From Coprobacillaceae bacterium (GTDB lineage Bacteria > Bacillota_I > Bacilli_A > Erysipelotrichales > Coprobacillaceae), in contig OY780959.1 in NCBI GenBank assembly GCA_963675915.1, positions 660,001-692,000 of the forward strand: 32,000 nucleotides of DNA, in the 5' to 3' direction. The notes under the pieces were generated by a model. It saw only the letters and a list, made by a program, of their open reading frames with translations. It was not told the origin of the DNA and did not search any database. This document shows, piece by piece, positions 7,162 to 15,430 of this stretch. Made by a program: the position numbers and the translations under genes. Each line of letters begins with the position of its first letter. The first letter of the stretch is position 1.

Positions 7162-8925
7162 ATGGGTTATAAATTTAAAATTACAAGAGGGAATGCAATC
7201 CTTAACTTCTCGGAAGAGTACTGTCGCTCAAGAAGTGAAATTGTTGAAAGTGAGTCTTTTTTAAGGGTCGTTCGTGGCTTTGTAAAAGACTGTAAACGTA
7301 AAGAAAACACTATATATACTTACTTGAATGTGATCAGTGTAGACCCAACGCAGTTGGCAAAAGATTTACGTACTGTAATCAAGCTGTTGTTGGTAATGAC
7401 TACTGAAGAGGTTGTCGAAACACATCCTCAATTTGTTGATTATTTCAGAGATGAGCATGAATTTGCGAAAACTATTGAAGAGTTGTATCTGTTTTGGCGA
7501 CGTTTGCAACGTTACTCAGTAGTATTCAATGAATCAACATCAAAAGGTTACCAAAACGTACAGTTTGGGGCAGCACAAGATAGCTTTTCACAATTGGTTC
7601 TTTCTCTTTACCGTACAATCAGTGAAAAATCTAGAAAAAAATCTGAGAGAGTATACCGTCAAATCACTGCTGGTGTCAATGCCGGGTTACGTGTAACTAA
7701 CACACGTTCATTCCTGCCATATGAATATCGCAATCTGGATGTTATTCCTTTCATTGAAACTGTGGTAATTCATCCACCGTTCATCGCTTATTCTAAGCGT
7801 AATAAACGTAGCGGAGTTTTCCCAGAAAGCTCAAGAAATCCAATTGAAGATATGAAATTCGATCCTGATCAATGGTTCTGTTATCCAGCGATGGTAGGAG
7901 ATTTATTGACTTTCATTTATTTCAATGTTTCTTTCATGGCTCAAGGGGTTGCTTTATGTAACTTGTTCGAGTTGGCGGGAGAAGATGTATATCGTAACCG
8001 CAAGCCTGACTGTATCTATGTATATGGATATGAAGATGGTGAAAAGAACCAATGGTTCTACCAAGATGATGAAAACGATATGATGGTTGCAGCCCTTTCT
8101 GCATCAGATGATTTCGATTATTTTGGATACATGAAAAAAATGGTTCTGACATTGCACAATGTCCGCAAACTGAACCAACACGAATTGCCAATCCATGGTG
8201 CGATGGTAAATATCCTGCTGCACAATGGTGAACAAAAAAATATCGTGGTAATGGGAGATAGCGGGGCTGGTAAGTCGGAAACTATCGAACAAATTAAAGT
8301 ATATGGTGCACCATATATCCAGGATATTATCACAGTATATGATGACATGGGACTTTTAAGTCTTGATGACGATGGAAATATCGTATCTTCAGGTACCGAA
8401 ATTGGAGCCTTTGTCCGTTTGGATGACTTGGATGCCGGATATTCTTTCAAGGAGCTTGACCGTTCAGTGTTTATGAACCCAGATCAAATCAATGCCCGTA
8501 TCATCATCCCAATTGCTGATTACGAAGATGTAATTCATAAACATCATGTAGATTATTTCTTCTATGCAAACAACTATGAAGCAGATGGACCGGAAATCGA
8601 ATTCTTCGACAAAAAAGCGGATGCAATCGATGTATTCAGAGATGGTGCGCGTATGGCTAAAGGTACAACTACTGAAACTGGTATCGTAAAATCTTATTTT
8701 GCGAATCCATTTGGACCGGTACAACGTGAAGAACAATGTGAAGTTATCCTGAATGATTACTTCGATGGTTTGTTCGATCAAGGTATCAAAGTTGGACAAT
8801 TGCGTACACGTTTAGGAATCAAAGGTAATGAACATGCCGGACCTAAAAATGCTGCTATCGCTTTGTTGAAATTATTGACTGGTGAAGAAGATTTGAAAGA
8901 ATTGCCTGAACTGGAAGAAATCTAA
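7162..8925 (+). CDS. Divergent PEP-carboxykinase/HprK-superfamily P-loop protein, function unknown
   Basis: 587 aa. Co-linear by-eye matches to E. coli PckA core motifs: FGYMKKM (cf. YGGEMKKGM), LPIHGAMVNI (cf. SMHCSANV), P-loop VVMGDSGAGKSE at 8254-8280 (HprK-type GDSGxGKSE; cf. PckA GLSGTGKTT), VYDDMG...DDDG...EIGAFVR (cf. IGDDEHGWDDDG..EGGCYAK), NARIIIPI (cf. NTRVSYPI) and RMAKGTTTETGIVKSYFANPFG (cf. [23 protein letters not shown]). Good Shine-Dalgarno sequence (GAAAGGA), own promoter and own terminator. Confidence 0.75.
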   Translation: MGYKFKITRGNAILNFSEEYCRSRSEIVESESFLRVVRGFVKDCKRKENTIYTYLNVISVDPTQLAKDLRTVIKLLLVMTTEEVVETHPQFVDYFRDEHEFAKTIEELYLFWRRLQRYSVVFNESTSKGYQNVQFGAAQDSFSQLVLSLYRTISEKSRKKSERVYRQITAGVNAGLRVTNTRSFLPYEYRNLDVIPFIETVVIHPPFIAYSKRNKRSGVFPESSRNPIEDMKFDPDQWFCYPAMVGDLLTFIYFNVSFMAQGVALCNLFELAGEDVYRNRKPDCIYVYGYEDGEKNQWFYQDDENDMMVAALSASDDFDYFGYMKKMVLTLHNVRKLNQHELPIHGAMVNILLHNGEQKNIVVMGDSGAGKSETIEQIKVYGAPYIQDIITVYDDMGLLSLDDDGNIVSSGTEIGAFVRLDDLDAGYSFKELDRSVFMNPDQINARIIIPIADYEDVIHKHHVDYFFYANNYEADGPEIEFFDKKADAIDVFRDGARMAKGTTTETGIVKSYFANPFGPVQREEQCEVILNDYFDGLFDQGIKVGQLRTRLGIKGNEHAGPKNAAIALLKLLTGEEDLKELPELEEI

Positions 8926-8930
8926 ATAAT

Positions 8931-8960
8931 AAAAAGTTAGCTTAATCGCTAACTTTTTTT
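8931..8960. terminator. Bidirectional rho-independent terminator
   Basis: Stem GTTAGC/GCTAAC (8936-8941 / 8948-8953) flanked by A5 (8931-8935) and T7 (8954-8960). It serves the convergent genes ending at 8925 (+) and 8942 (-). Confidence 0.8.
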
Positions 8961-9526
8961 GTGTATGTTATCAGAGTGCCCAGGTTGTTGGAATGACATG
9001 ATTTGATCATCAGCTCGCTAGCGAGTTCGATAATCCGGTTGATCGGGGCCGGTTGAAGATTTTCGAAAGCCAAGAACTGAAACTGGAACCGGGGCTCATT
9101 TGGATCATTGGCTATCTGGTTGATTTGAGGGATTTTCGCTGCAATTATCGGCCAACTGGTTTCTTTGAAAATGACTAAATCGAAAGTGTCATCATAATGA
9201 TAGAAATAAAAACGTTCATCACGGTAAAAATGACATAGTAAACGGTACAGCGAGGATGTGACTTCGCCGCCGGATACATTGATGGAATAGGTTTTGCGAT
9301 AAAGGACAATAATGGTATTGTCAAAAAGATTGGCAATCACCCCGTTGGGGATGTTAAAACCAACCTTGACTGTTGGGTTTGCACCAGTTTTAAAAGTAGA
9401 TGAAGCGCCGATAGAGCTAATCGTTTTTTCGGTTCTTCTCTGGCATTGAAGTTTGCTAAAATCAAGCTGGTGGCTGTTACGATGAAAGCATTGGTGGTAA
9501 TATGTGGCTGATGTTATCCTTGGCAT
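8942..9526 (-). CDS. Hypothetical protein (194 aa, no recognisable family)
   Basis: Intact ORF with AGGAGG 7 nt upstream of the ATG (reverse complement of 9534-9539) and a terminator at its 3' end. No motif I can assign. Confidence 0.6.
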   Translation of the reverse strand: MPRITSATYYHQCFHRNSHQLDFSKLQCQRRTEKTISSIGASSTFKTGANPTVKVGFNIPNGVIANLFDNTIIVLYRKTYSINVSGGEVTSSLYRLLCHFYRDERFYFYHYDDTFDLVIFKETSWPIIAAKIPQINQIANDPNEPRFQFQFLAFENLQPAPINRIIELASELMIKSCHSNNLGTLITYTKKVSD

Positions 9527-9624
9527 GATATTCCTCCTGTGGTTTTATTTCATTATAGCCTAAAAACAGCATGACGAATAAGAATCAAGCGATAATTTAG
9601 AAAGTCTTAATATTCGCTAGAAAG

Positions 9625-9653
9625 TTGCAAAACAATTTCAATGTTGTTATCAT
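9625..9653 (+). promoter_or_regulatory. Putative promoter of the membrane-protein gene
   Basis: -35 TTGCAA (9625-9630), 17-nt spacer, -10 TATCAT (9648-9653) preceded by TGt (extended -10). Confidence 0.4.
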
Positions 9654-9731
9654 CTAAGTAGTGGAGCTCTTGATGCGGTATTTGAAGATGACTGATCATG
9701 CTCAAACTTTTTGGAAAGGGGAGGCGGTCCT

Positions 9732-10220
9732 ATGGTTAACAAAGTTGATTTATCAAATTTCAAATGCGGGATTGCAATAGTGGTTAGCGAAAGCATTCTG
9801 GTGGGCTTGTATTTTTTGATTATGGCGCTGATGCAATTGGGAATCAATCACATTGGAATTGTTTTGAGTCTGATAGATGGAAGAGCCGTCCCGTTTCCGG
9901 TGATAATATCAGGATTGTTGGGGTGTCTGGGAATCATCTGGGTTCTTACTTTTCGGGGGTGGAAAACCCGATATCCTGAGCCCATCAAGGTATCGTTAAC
10001 TGGAGCGGCTGTGGCCTTCAGCTATTTTGTCGTCGTTTTTATGGGAATATCGTTTTCTAAGACAGTGCTTGGTCCAACTGTAATTAGCGCTCTATTGATT
10101 ATTAGTGTAACATTGATCATCCTTAAGCTTTTAAAGTCCAATTGGCAGTTATTCCTTGGAAATCTCTGGGGTGTGCTGGCTTTGGTGATATTTATAACTC
10201 GATCTTATCTGGGTAGTTAA
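9732..10220 (+). CDS. Hypothetical polytopic membrane protein (about 5 TM helices)
   Basis: Five hydrophobic segments. The ATG at 9732 is preceded by AAGGGGAGG (9716-9724). The TTG at 9711 in the ORF track overlaps that Shine-Dalgarno sequence. Confidence 0.6.
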   Translation: MVNKVDLSNFKCGIAIVVSESILVGLYFLIMALMQLGINHIGIVLSLIDGRAVPFPVIISGLLGCLGIIWVLTFRGWKTRYPEPIKVSLTGAAVAFSYFVVVFMGISFSKTVLGPTVISALLIISVTLIILKLLKSNWQLFLGNLWGVLALVIFITRSYLGS

Positions 10221-10342
10221 GCAGCCGGTTATATCAAACCCAGTTAGCCGGAATATAAATGGTTCGCTGTTAATTGGTTTAAGCAATTGTCGTGAATCCA
10301 GGCGGGGTGGCTGAAAATATCTCTTATAATCGAGATTATTTG

Positions 10343-10370
10343 TTGACAATGACGGCTAATCTAGTATAAT
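10343..10370 (+). promoter_or_regulatory. Near-consensus sigma-A promoter of rpsO
   Basis: TTGACA (10343-10348), 16-nt spacer, TATAAT (10365-10370). Confidence 0.7.
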
Positions 10371-10456
10371 AAAGGAGCAGCTTCAACTAGGATTAGAGAC
10401 CACTCGACTTTAACCTTGGTTTTTGCCGTGAAAATATACCAGAGGAGGATTAGCAC

Positions 10457-10723
10457 ATGCTAACAAAAGCTGAAAAAACAGCAATCATGACTGAATATGC
10501 AACTCATGAAGGAGATACAGGATCTCCAGAAGTACAAATCGCAGTATTAACTGCTGACATCAACAAATTGAACTCACACTTCAAAGATCATCCAAAAGAT
10601 TTTCATTCTAACCGTGGGTTAATGAAAAAAATCGGTCACCGTCGTAACTTGTTAAGATACCTGAAAAACAAAGACGTTGAAAGATATGCATCTTTGATCA
10701 AACGTTTAGGTTTAAGAAGATAG
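10457..10723 (+). CDS. rpsO: 30S ribosomal protein S15
   Basis: [32 protein letters not shown]...[29 protein letters not shown] is canonical S15. GAGGAGG Shine-Dalgarno sequence. Confidence 0.95.
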   Translation: MLTKAEKTAIMTEYATHEGDTGSPEVQIAVLTADINKLNSHFKDHPKDFHSNRGLMKKIGHRRNLLRYLKNKDVERYASLIKRLGLRR

Positions 10724-10730
10724 TCAAACC

Positions 10731-10758
10731 AAAGTCTGCCATCCGGCAGACTTTTTTT
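10731..10758 (+). terminator. Rho-independent terminator of rpsO
   Basis: Stem GTCTGCC/GGCAGAC (10734-10740 / 10745-10751), loop ATCC, T7 (10752-10758). Confidence 0.88.
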
Positions 10759-10813
10759 ATTGCTCCAAGTAATTTCCCCAGTGAGGGAGTATATCGTTAT
10801 TAGGAGGGAAAAT

Positions 10814-11323
10814 ATGTGCTATCAAGAAAATTTAATCCAACTGGAATCTTATCTCGAAAAGTTGAAAAAAAGCGGAAAATATGATGCTGATGTCTATCTC
10901 CGTTCGTTGTTGCAACAAACCAGTCAGCTTCATTTCTATTATTGTCATCTACTCAAAAAACGCGATGAGCGGGAAGTTTTTTACAATATCCGCCGCCGCC
11001 CAAAAGAACATCAACTGGCTTATTTCAATATCGGCCGGGGCTATCCCAAGGAACTCTGTGACGGCCACTGGTGCTATGTAGTCAAGGATTTCGGGATCAA
11101 GATGTTTATCATCCCTTGCACCTCAATCAAGGATGCGGGGCATCCCGGTAATTTCGAATTGGAAATTAATATCCAGGAGTTCAAAAACGCTACACGGTTG
11201 CGGATGCAGTTAGGTGATGCGCGGGTGGTCGATATCCAGCGCCTCGACCAGCGCAAGGAATTTGTCGAAGTATGCGACAGTCGCGAATCGATTGAAAAAA
11301 TCATCCGACCTTTCTATGTCTAA
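10814..11323 (+). CDS. PemK/MazF-fold protein with about 65-aa N-terminal helical extension (solitary)
   Basis: LAYFNIGRGYPKELCDGHWCYVV...KMFIIPCTS...LGDARVVDIQRL follows the MazF/PemK pattern (beta-strand + G.E...RP.lVl, vvPiTs, dqirtiD..Rl). The ATG at 10814 lies 5 nt after AGGAGGG (10802-10808). The TTG at 10760 lies in the rpsO terminator T-run and is rejected. Confidence 0.6.
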   Translation: MCYQENLIQLESYLEKLKKSGKYDADVYLRSLLQQTSQLHFYYCHLLKKRDEREVFYNIRRRPKEHQLAYFNIGRGYPKELCDGHWCYVVKDFGIKMFIIPCTSIKDAGHPGNFELEINIQEFKNATRLRMQLGDARVVDIQRLDQRKEFVEVCDSRESIEKIIRPFYV

Positions 11324-11327
11324 ACAT

Positions 11328-11351
11328 AAAAAAATGCCCGTTATTCGGGCA
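11328..11351 (-). terminator. Rho-independent terminator of the DUF1275 gene
   Basis: Stem TGCCCG/CGGGCA (11335-11340 / 11346-11351). A7 on the plus strand (11328-11334) gives a U-run on the minus transcript. The stop codon lies in the loop. Confidence 0.7.
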
Positions 11352-12012
11352 GATAGTATTGATAAATCTGGATAGCCGCAACTACTGTCAAAACCAGGAT
11401 TGGATAGAGCAGGGCGTTAGGACCAATGGCGCTGATCAAACCGGTGGCGATAATCGCTCCAATGATGAAAGATACGATGATACCCAGGTAAATCAAACCA
11501 TTAATGATATTTTGTTTCTTGCGGTTGAAGATTCCCTGGTAAAACTGGAGTGACATCGATTTTAGGTTTCCGGTGCACATGGTTGAAGCAAATGGCAATC
11601 CGACCACGTGGGTGAAGGTTGAGACCTGCATTGAACAGATAAATCCGACAATTGCATTGAAAAGCGATCTTGAAATTTCGACTTTCATCAAAGTGGTCAG
11701 GACTACAATCTCAACGATGAGAATGACATGGTGGAAAGTCATCATTTCCTGATACGAAAAATGATGGCGGATGAATTCACTGACAAATACCCCGCTCGCA
11801 AAGGCAATGATGGGCAGGGCGTACATGAAAACTGAAGTATAGTCGCCCGAGGCGACGCTGTAGGCCATCAAGACAATGTTCCCGGTTTGGGCATTGGCGA
11901 AGACATGGCCTTTTAGTATGTAGGTGTAAATATCCAGAAAGCCGCCAACCGAAGCCAAAAGGCAGCACAGGGACATTGATTCAAAAATTTTTGATTTCAT
12001 ATAAAAAAACAT
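11341..12012 (-). CDS. YoaK/DUF1275-family membrane protein
   Basis: Polytopic membrane protein with the typical N-terminus ...LASVGGFLDIYTYILKGHVFANAQTGNIVL of DUF1275. The start is ambiguous (ATG at 12012 or 12000) and neither has a clear Shine-Dalgarno sequence. Confidence 0.8.
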   Translation of the reverse strand: MFFYMKSKIFESMSLCCLLASVGGFLDIYTYILKGHVFANAQTGNIVLMAYSVASGDYTSVFMYALPIIAFASGVFVSEFIRHHFSYQEMMTFHHVILIVEIVVLTTLMKVEISRSLFNAIVGFICSMQVSTFTHVVGLPFASTMCTGNLKSMSLQFYQGIFNRKKQNIINGLIYLGIIVSFIIGAIIATGLISAIGPNALLYPILVLTVVAAIQIYQYYLPE

Positions 12013-12026
12013 GTGGAGACCACATG
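12003..12026 (-). terminator. Rho-independent terminator of ackA
   Basis: Stem CATGTGG/CCACATG (12010-12016 / 12020-12026). A7 on the plus strand (12003-12009) gives a U-run on the minus transcript, directly after the ackA stop. Confidence 0.75.
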
Positions 12027-13217
12027 TTATAAGCTAAGCAGACGTTTAGTGTCTCGGGCAATAACTAATTCTTCATTAGTGTAGATTGCGTATACTTTAA
12101 CTTTTGATTCAGGAGTTGAAATCAGACGGTCACCTTTACCGTTGACATTAGCTTCCTGATCGATTTCGATACCCAGGGCTTCGCTTAACAAATCGCAGAT
12201 TTCTTTTCTGGCGAAGAATGAGTTTTCACCGATTCCGGCAGTGAAGCAGATCGCATCTACACCACCTAAAGCGATGAAATAACGTCCGATATAGGCAATA
12301 ACTCTTCTAAAGAAGATATCAAGTGCCAGTTGAGCACGTTCATGACCTTCTTGGGCTGCTTGTTGAATATCTCTAAAGTCAGATGAAATTCCTGAAATTC
12401 CCAGTAAACCAGATTCTTTGTTAAGCATGTGGATTACTTCTTCCATTGAAAGTCCGACATTTTCAACCAGGTAGTCGATTACTGAAGGATCAACGTCTCC
12501 TGAACGGGTTCCCATCATGATACCAGCCAATGGAGTGAATCCCATTGATGTGTTGATTGAAATTCCGTCTTTTACAGCTGTCAGGCTGCCTCCGTTACCA
12601 AGATGGGCAACGATAACTTTTGAATGTTCCGGTTTTCCCAAAAGTTCGATGGCACGTTGTGAAACATAGTAATGACTAGTTCCGTGGGCACCATATTTTC
12701 TAACCATATTTTCTTCATAATATTTATATGGGATTGGATAAATAAAACATCTTTTTTCTAGTGTTTGGTGGAAAGCTGTGTCAAATACGGCAACAGCACC
12801 AGCGTTTGGAATCGCCTCTTTAAACGCATAATATCCAGTCAAGTGATGTGGATTATGCAAAGGTGCCAATTTTTTCAATTCATCAATCTTTTCTACTACG
12901 TAATCATCCATGACTTGTGAGCTTGCGAAGTATGATCCACCTTGAACAACACGATGTCCAACCCCTTTGATTTCATCAAGATCTTCTACAATTCCTTTGT
13001 CAATCAATGTGTCTAAAAGAAGTTTTACCGCTTTTTTGTGATCTTCAATCGGTAAGATTTCCTTTGCTTTTTCCCCTTTGTATTTGATGTTGAAGATTGC
13101 ATCCTCAAAACCAATTCTTTCAATAACTCCGCTAGTGATTACTTCTTCATTGTCCATTTCAAATAGTTGGAATTTTAATGAAGAACTACCAGCGTTAACT
13201 GCAATAATTTTTGCCAT
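12027..13217 (-). CDS. ackA: Acetate kinase
   Basis: MAKIIAVNAGSSSLKFQLFEM..., HRVVQGG, GAHGTSH, IVAHLGNGGS and FTAGIGENS are canonical acetate kinase motifs. AGGAGG Shine-Dalgarno sequence. Confidence 0.96.
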   Translation of the reverse strand: MAKIIAVNAGSSSLKFQLFEMDNEEVITSGVIERIGFEDAIFNIKYKGEKAKEILPIEDHKKAVKLLLDTLIDKGIVEDLDEIKGVGHRVVQGGSYFASSQVMDDYVVEKIDELKKLAPLHNPHHLTGYYAFKEAIPNAGAVAVFDTAFHQTLEKRCFIYPIPYKYYEENMVRKYGAHGTSHYYVSQRAIELLGKPEHSKVIVAHLGNGGSLTAVKDGISINTSMGFTPLAGIMMGTRSGDVDPSVIDYLVENVGLSMEEVIHMLNKESGLLGISGISSDFRDIQQAAQEGHERAQLALDIFFRRVIAYIGRYFIALGGVDAICFTAGIGENSFFARKEICDLLSEALGIEIDQEANVNGKGDRLISTPESKVKVYAIYTNEELVIARDTKRLLSL

Positions 13218-13392
13218 AACATTTCCTCCTAAGCAATAGTATTATAACATTATTATGATAAAAATCTATGCAATATGATAAAAAAATTAGTTAATTAAAT
13301 CACAAAATAGTCGATGGCTGCAACATTAAATTGAACTGGCGGGGACAATTACCGATTTTATTATAGTTATGGCTATGATTTGAGCCTGATTT

Positions 13393-13407
13393 TGTGTATA
13401 ATATAAT
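13393..13407 (+). promoter_or_regulatory. Putative -10 region for the ntdp-tsa-rex-asnS array
   Basis: TGTGTATAATATAAT contains overlapping TATAAT boxes (13397-13402 and 13402-13407). There is no good -35. Confidence 0.4.
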
Positions 13408-13428
13408 TTGTTTAAAGTGAGGTATTAT

Positions 13429-13962
13429 ATGGAAAAAGATCTTTCGGGAAAAAATGTTCTAATTCATTGTTACAAACATAATGGCAGTGTTCATCGCAGT
13501 TGGCAGTCAGGCTTGGTGCTTGAAGAAACCGCTGACCACTTCATCGTCATCAACAACCGGACTCTGGTAACAGAATCCGATGGCAGAATGTGGTATACCC
13601 GGGAACCGGCAATCTGCTATTTCCCGAAACGTGACTGGTACAATGTGATCTGCATGATCCGTAAAACCGGAATCCATTATTACTGCAATATCGCATCGCC
13701 GACAATCTATGACGGAGAAGCTTTGAAGTATATCGATTATGACCTCGATCTCAAACTTTTCCCAGACGGGCGTTACCGCATCCTTGATGAGGAGGAATAT
13801 CGCCGTCACAAACAACAAATGGGTTACAGTGAACGCCTCGACCAGATTCTCAACCGTCAGTTGGAACTGCTTGTCGAACTGGCTATTAATAAGGATGGAC
13901 CTTTTAACGAGAATTTCACTAAACACTGGTATCATGTTTACCAGGATTTAAGAAAGGAATAA
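13429..13962 (+). CDS. ntdp: Nucleoside tri-/diphosphatase, DUF402 family (Ntdp)
   Basis: YKHNGSVHRSW...LVTESDGRMWYTREPAICYF...WYNVICM...YYCNIASP...EALKYIDYDLDLK closely parallels S. aureus Ntdp as I remember it. The ATG at 13429 follows AAGTGAGGT. The TTG at 13408 is rejected. Confidence 0.85.
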   Translation: MEKDLSGKNVLIHCYKHNGSVHRSWQSGLVLEETADHFIVINNRTLVTESDGRMWYTREPAICYFPKRDWYNVICMIRKTGIHYYCNIASPTIYDGEALKYIDYDLDLKLFPDGRYRILDEEEYRRHKQQMGYSERLDQILNRQLELLVELAINKDGPFNENFTKHWYHVYQDLRKE

Positions 13963-13964
13963 AT

Positions 13965-14408
13965 ATGGAAGTAATTTCAAAATCATTGTCTGAAACTAAT
14001 GATTTGGGGATAAAACTGGGCGAAAATCTGCAGCCGGGAATGGTTATCACCCTCAGTGGTGATTTGGGTGCGGGCAAGACGACTTTTACCAAGGGAATTG
14101 CCAAAGGACTGGGAATTACCAAGGTAATATCTTCGCCAACATTTACAATCCTCAAACAATATTCGGGACGATTGAATCTCAATCATTTCGACGCCTACCG
14201 ATTAGAAGGTCAGGACGCGGAACTTGGATTTGAGGAATTGATCGACAGTGATGACGTTTCCATCATTGAATGGGCTGATTATATTTTTGACATCATCCCT
14301 GACGAGCGGCTGGAGATTGTCATCGAATACATCGATGACACAACCAGAAGATTCCGATTTGTTCCTCGGGGTGAACGTTATAAGCAATTAGTGGAGGTGC
14401 TAAAATGA
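13965..14408 (+). CDS. tsaE: tRNA t6A37 biosynthesis ATPase TsaE
   Basis: Walker A motif GDLGAGKTTFTKG, SPTFTI and HFDAYRL motifs. Confidence 0.92.
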   Translation: MEVISKSLSETNDLGIKLGENLQPGMVITLSGDLGAGKTTFTKGIAKGLGITKVISSPTFTILKQYSGRLNLNHFDAYRLEGQDAELGFEELIDSDDVSIIEWADYIFDIIPDERLEIVIEYIDDTTRRFRFVPRGERYKQLVEVLK

Positions 14409-14995
14409 GATCGATAGTAATGGATACCGCCAACCGCTTTTTGTCGTTGGGCCTCTATGAAGATGACCAGTGCATTGCCAAATATCAGGAATTCGGTAAT
14501 CGGCGCCAATCGGAAGAGGCAATCAGCAAGCTGGAAATGCTGCTGGCCAAAAAGGAACTCAAATTGCTCGACTTCGATGAATTTATAATAACCATCGGAC
14601 CGGGATCGTACACCGGGGTGCGAGTGGCTCTGACAATCGCCAAAACCCTGGCGGTTACCAGCGATATCAAGATCAAGACAGTTTCGTCACTCAAGGCGTT
14701 TGTCACCGGGGGAACCGGGATCTCGATTATTGATGCGAGAAGCAAAAAGGCCTATCTTGGAGTTTATCAAGACGGTGAGGCCCTTATCGCGGACACTCTT
14801 GTTGGAATTGACGAGATTGAATCTGTGATAGCCAAGTATCCTCAGTTCGAGGTGTTTGGTGATTTGAATTTAATTGACAAAGAAAACAAGGAAGTTGATT
14901 TGGTGGCGAATATCTATTCCTGCTCGAAAACGGAAAATTACGTTGAAGACAGCGATGGGCTGGTGCCTAGATATATTAAGGATGTTTTAGTATAA
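14405..14995 (+). CDS. tsaB: tRNA t6A37 biosynthesis protein TsaB
   Basis: Gcp-like ASKHA fold lacking the metal-binding His motif. GPGSYTGVRVALTIAKTLA. 4-nt overlap with tsaE. Confidence 0.88.
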   Translation: MRSIVMDTANRFLSLGLYEDDQCIAKYQEFGNRRQSEEAISKLEMLLAKKELKLLDFDEFIITIGPGSYTGVRVALTIAKTLAVTSDIKIKTVSSLKAFVTGGTGISIIDARSKKAYLGVYQDGEALIADTLVGIDEIESVIAKYPQFEVFGDLNLIDKENKEVDLVANIYSCSKTENYVEDSDGLVPRYIKDVLV

Positions 14996-15429
14996 TGGCT
15001 ATAATGAAGTACAAAAATAAATATTTTGATGATGTGGCTAAGATTTATCATCAGCTCTTTCCAAGACTGACTGAAGATCAGTTGGAGTTTGAGATCAACA
15101 AGAACCCCTTTAGCCAATTGTATCTGATTGAAAAAAACGAAAATATCGTCGGTTTTGTCCAGATATATGACCAAGAGGACAATTATGAAATTGCCTATAT
15201 CGGGGTTTTGAAAGAATACCAGCGTCAGCGAAACGCTTCAAAACTGCTTTCGTTTCTGGTGGATCAGGCCAAACAAAACGATCTTGACAATATCAATCTG
15301 GAGGTTCGAACCACCAATGCCAAAGCGATTGGAATGTACAAGAAGTTTGGTTTCAAAATTGCCACAACCAGAAAAAAATACTATAAAAATGGCGACGATG
15401 CATATTTGATGATGAAAGGATTTGATTAA
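14995..15429 (+). CDS. rimI: Ribosomal-protein-alanine N-acetyltransferase (GNAT)
   Basis: GNAT fold (IAYIGVLKEYQRQRNASKLL..., LEVRTTNAKAIGMYKKFGF) in the conserved position between tsaB and tsaD. Confidence 0.85.
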   Translation: MAIMKYKNKYFDDVAKIYHQLFPRLTEDQLEFEINKNPFSQLYLIEKNENIVGFVQIYDQEDNYEIAYIGVLKEYQRQRNASKLLSFLVDQAKQNDLDNINLEVRTTNAKAIGMYKKFGFKIATTRKKYYKNGDDAYLMMKGFD

Positions 15430-15430
15430 A

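Noticed and set aside
13287-13306. Possible Rex operator (TTAGTTAATTAAATCACAAA) in the ackA/ntdp divergent region.
   Set aside because: Only one half-site resembles TTCACAA. The other half is a poor match to TTGTGAA. In such AT-rich DNA this is indistinguishable from chance.
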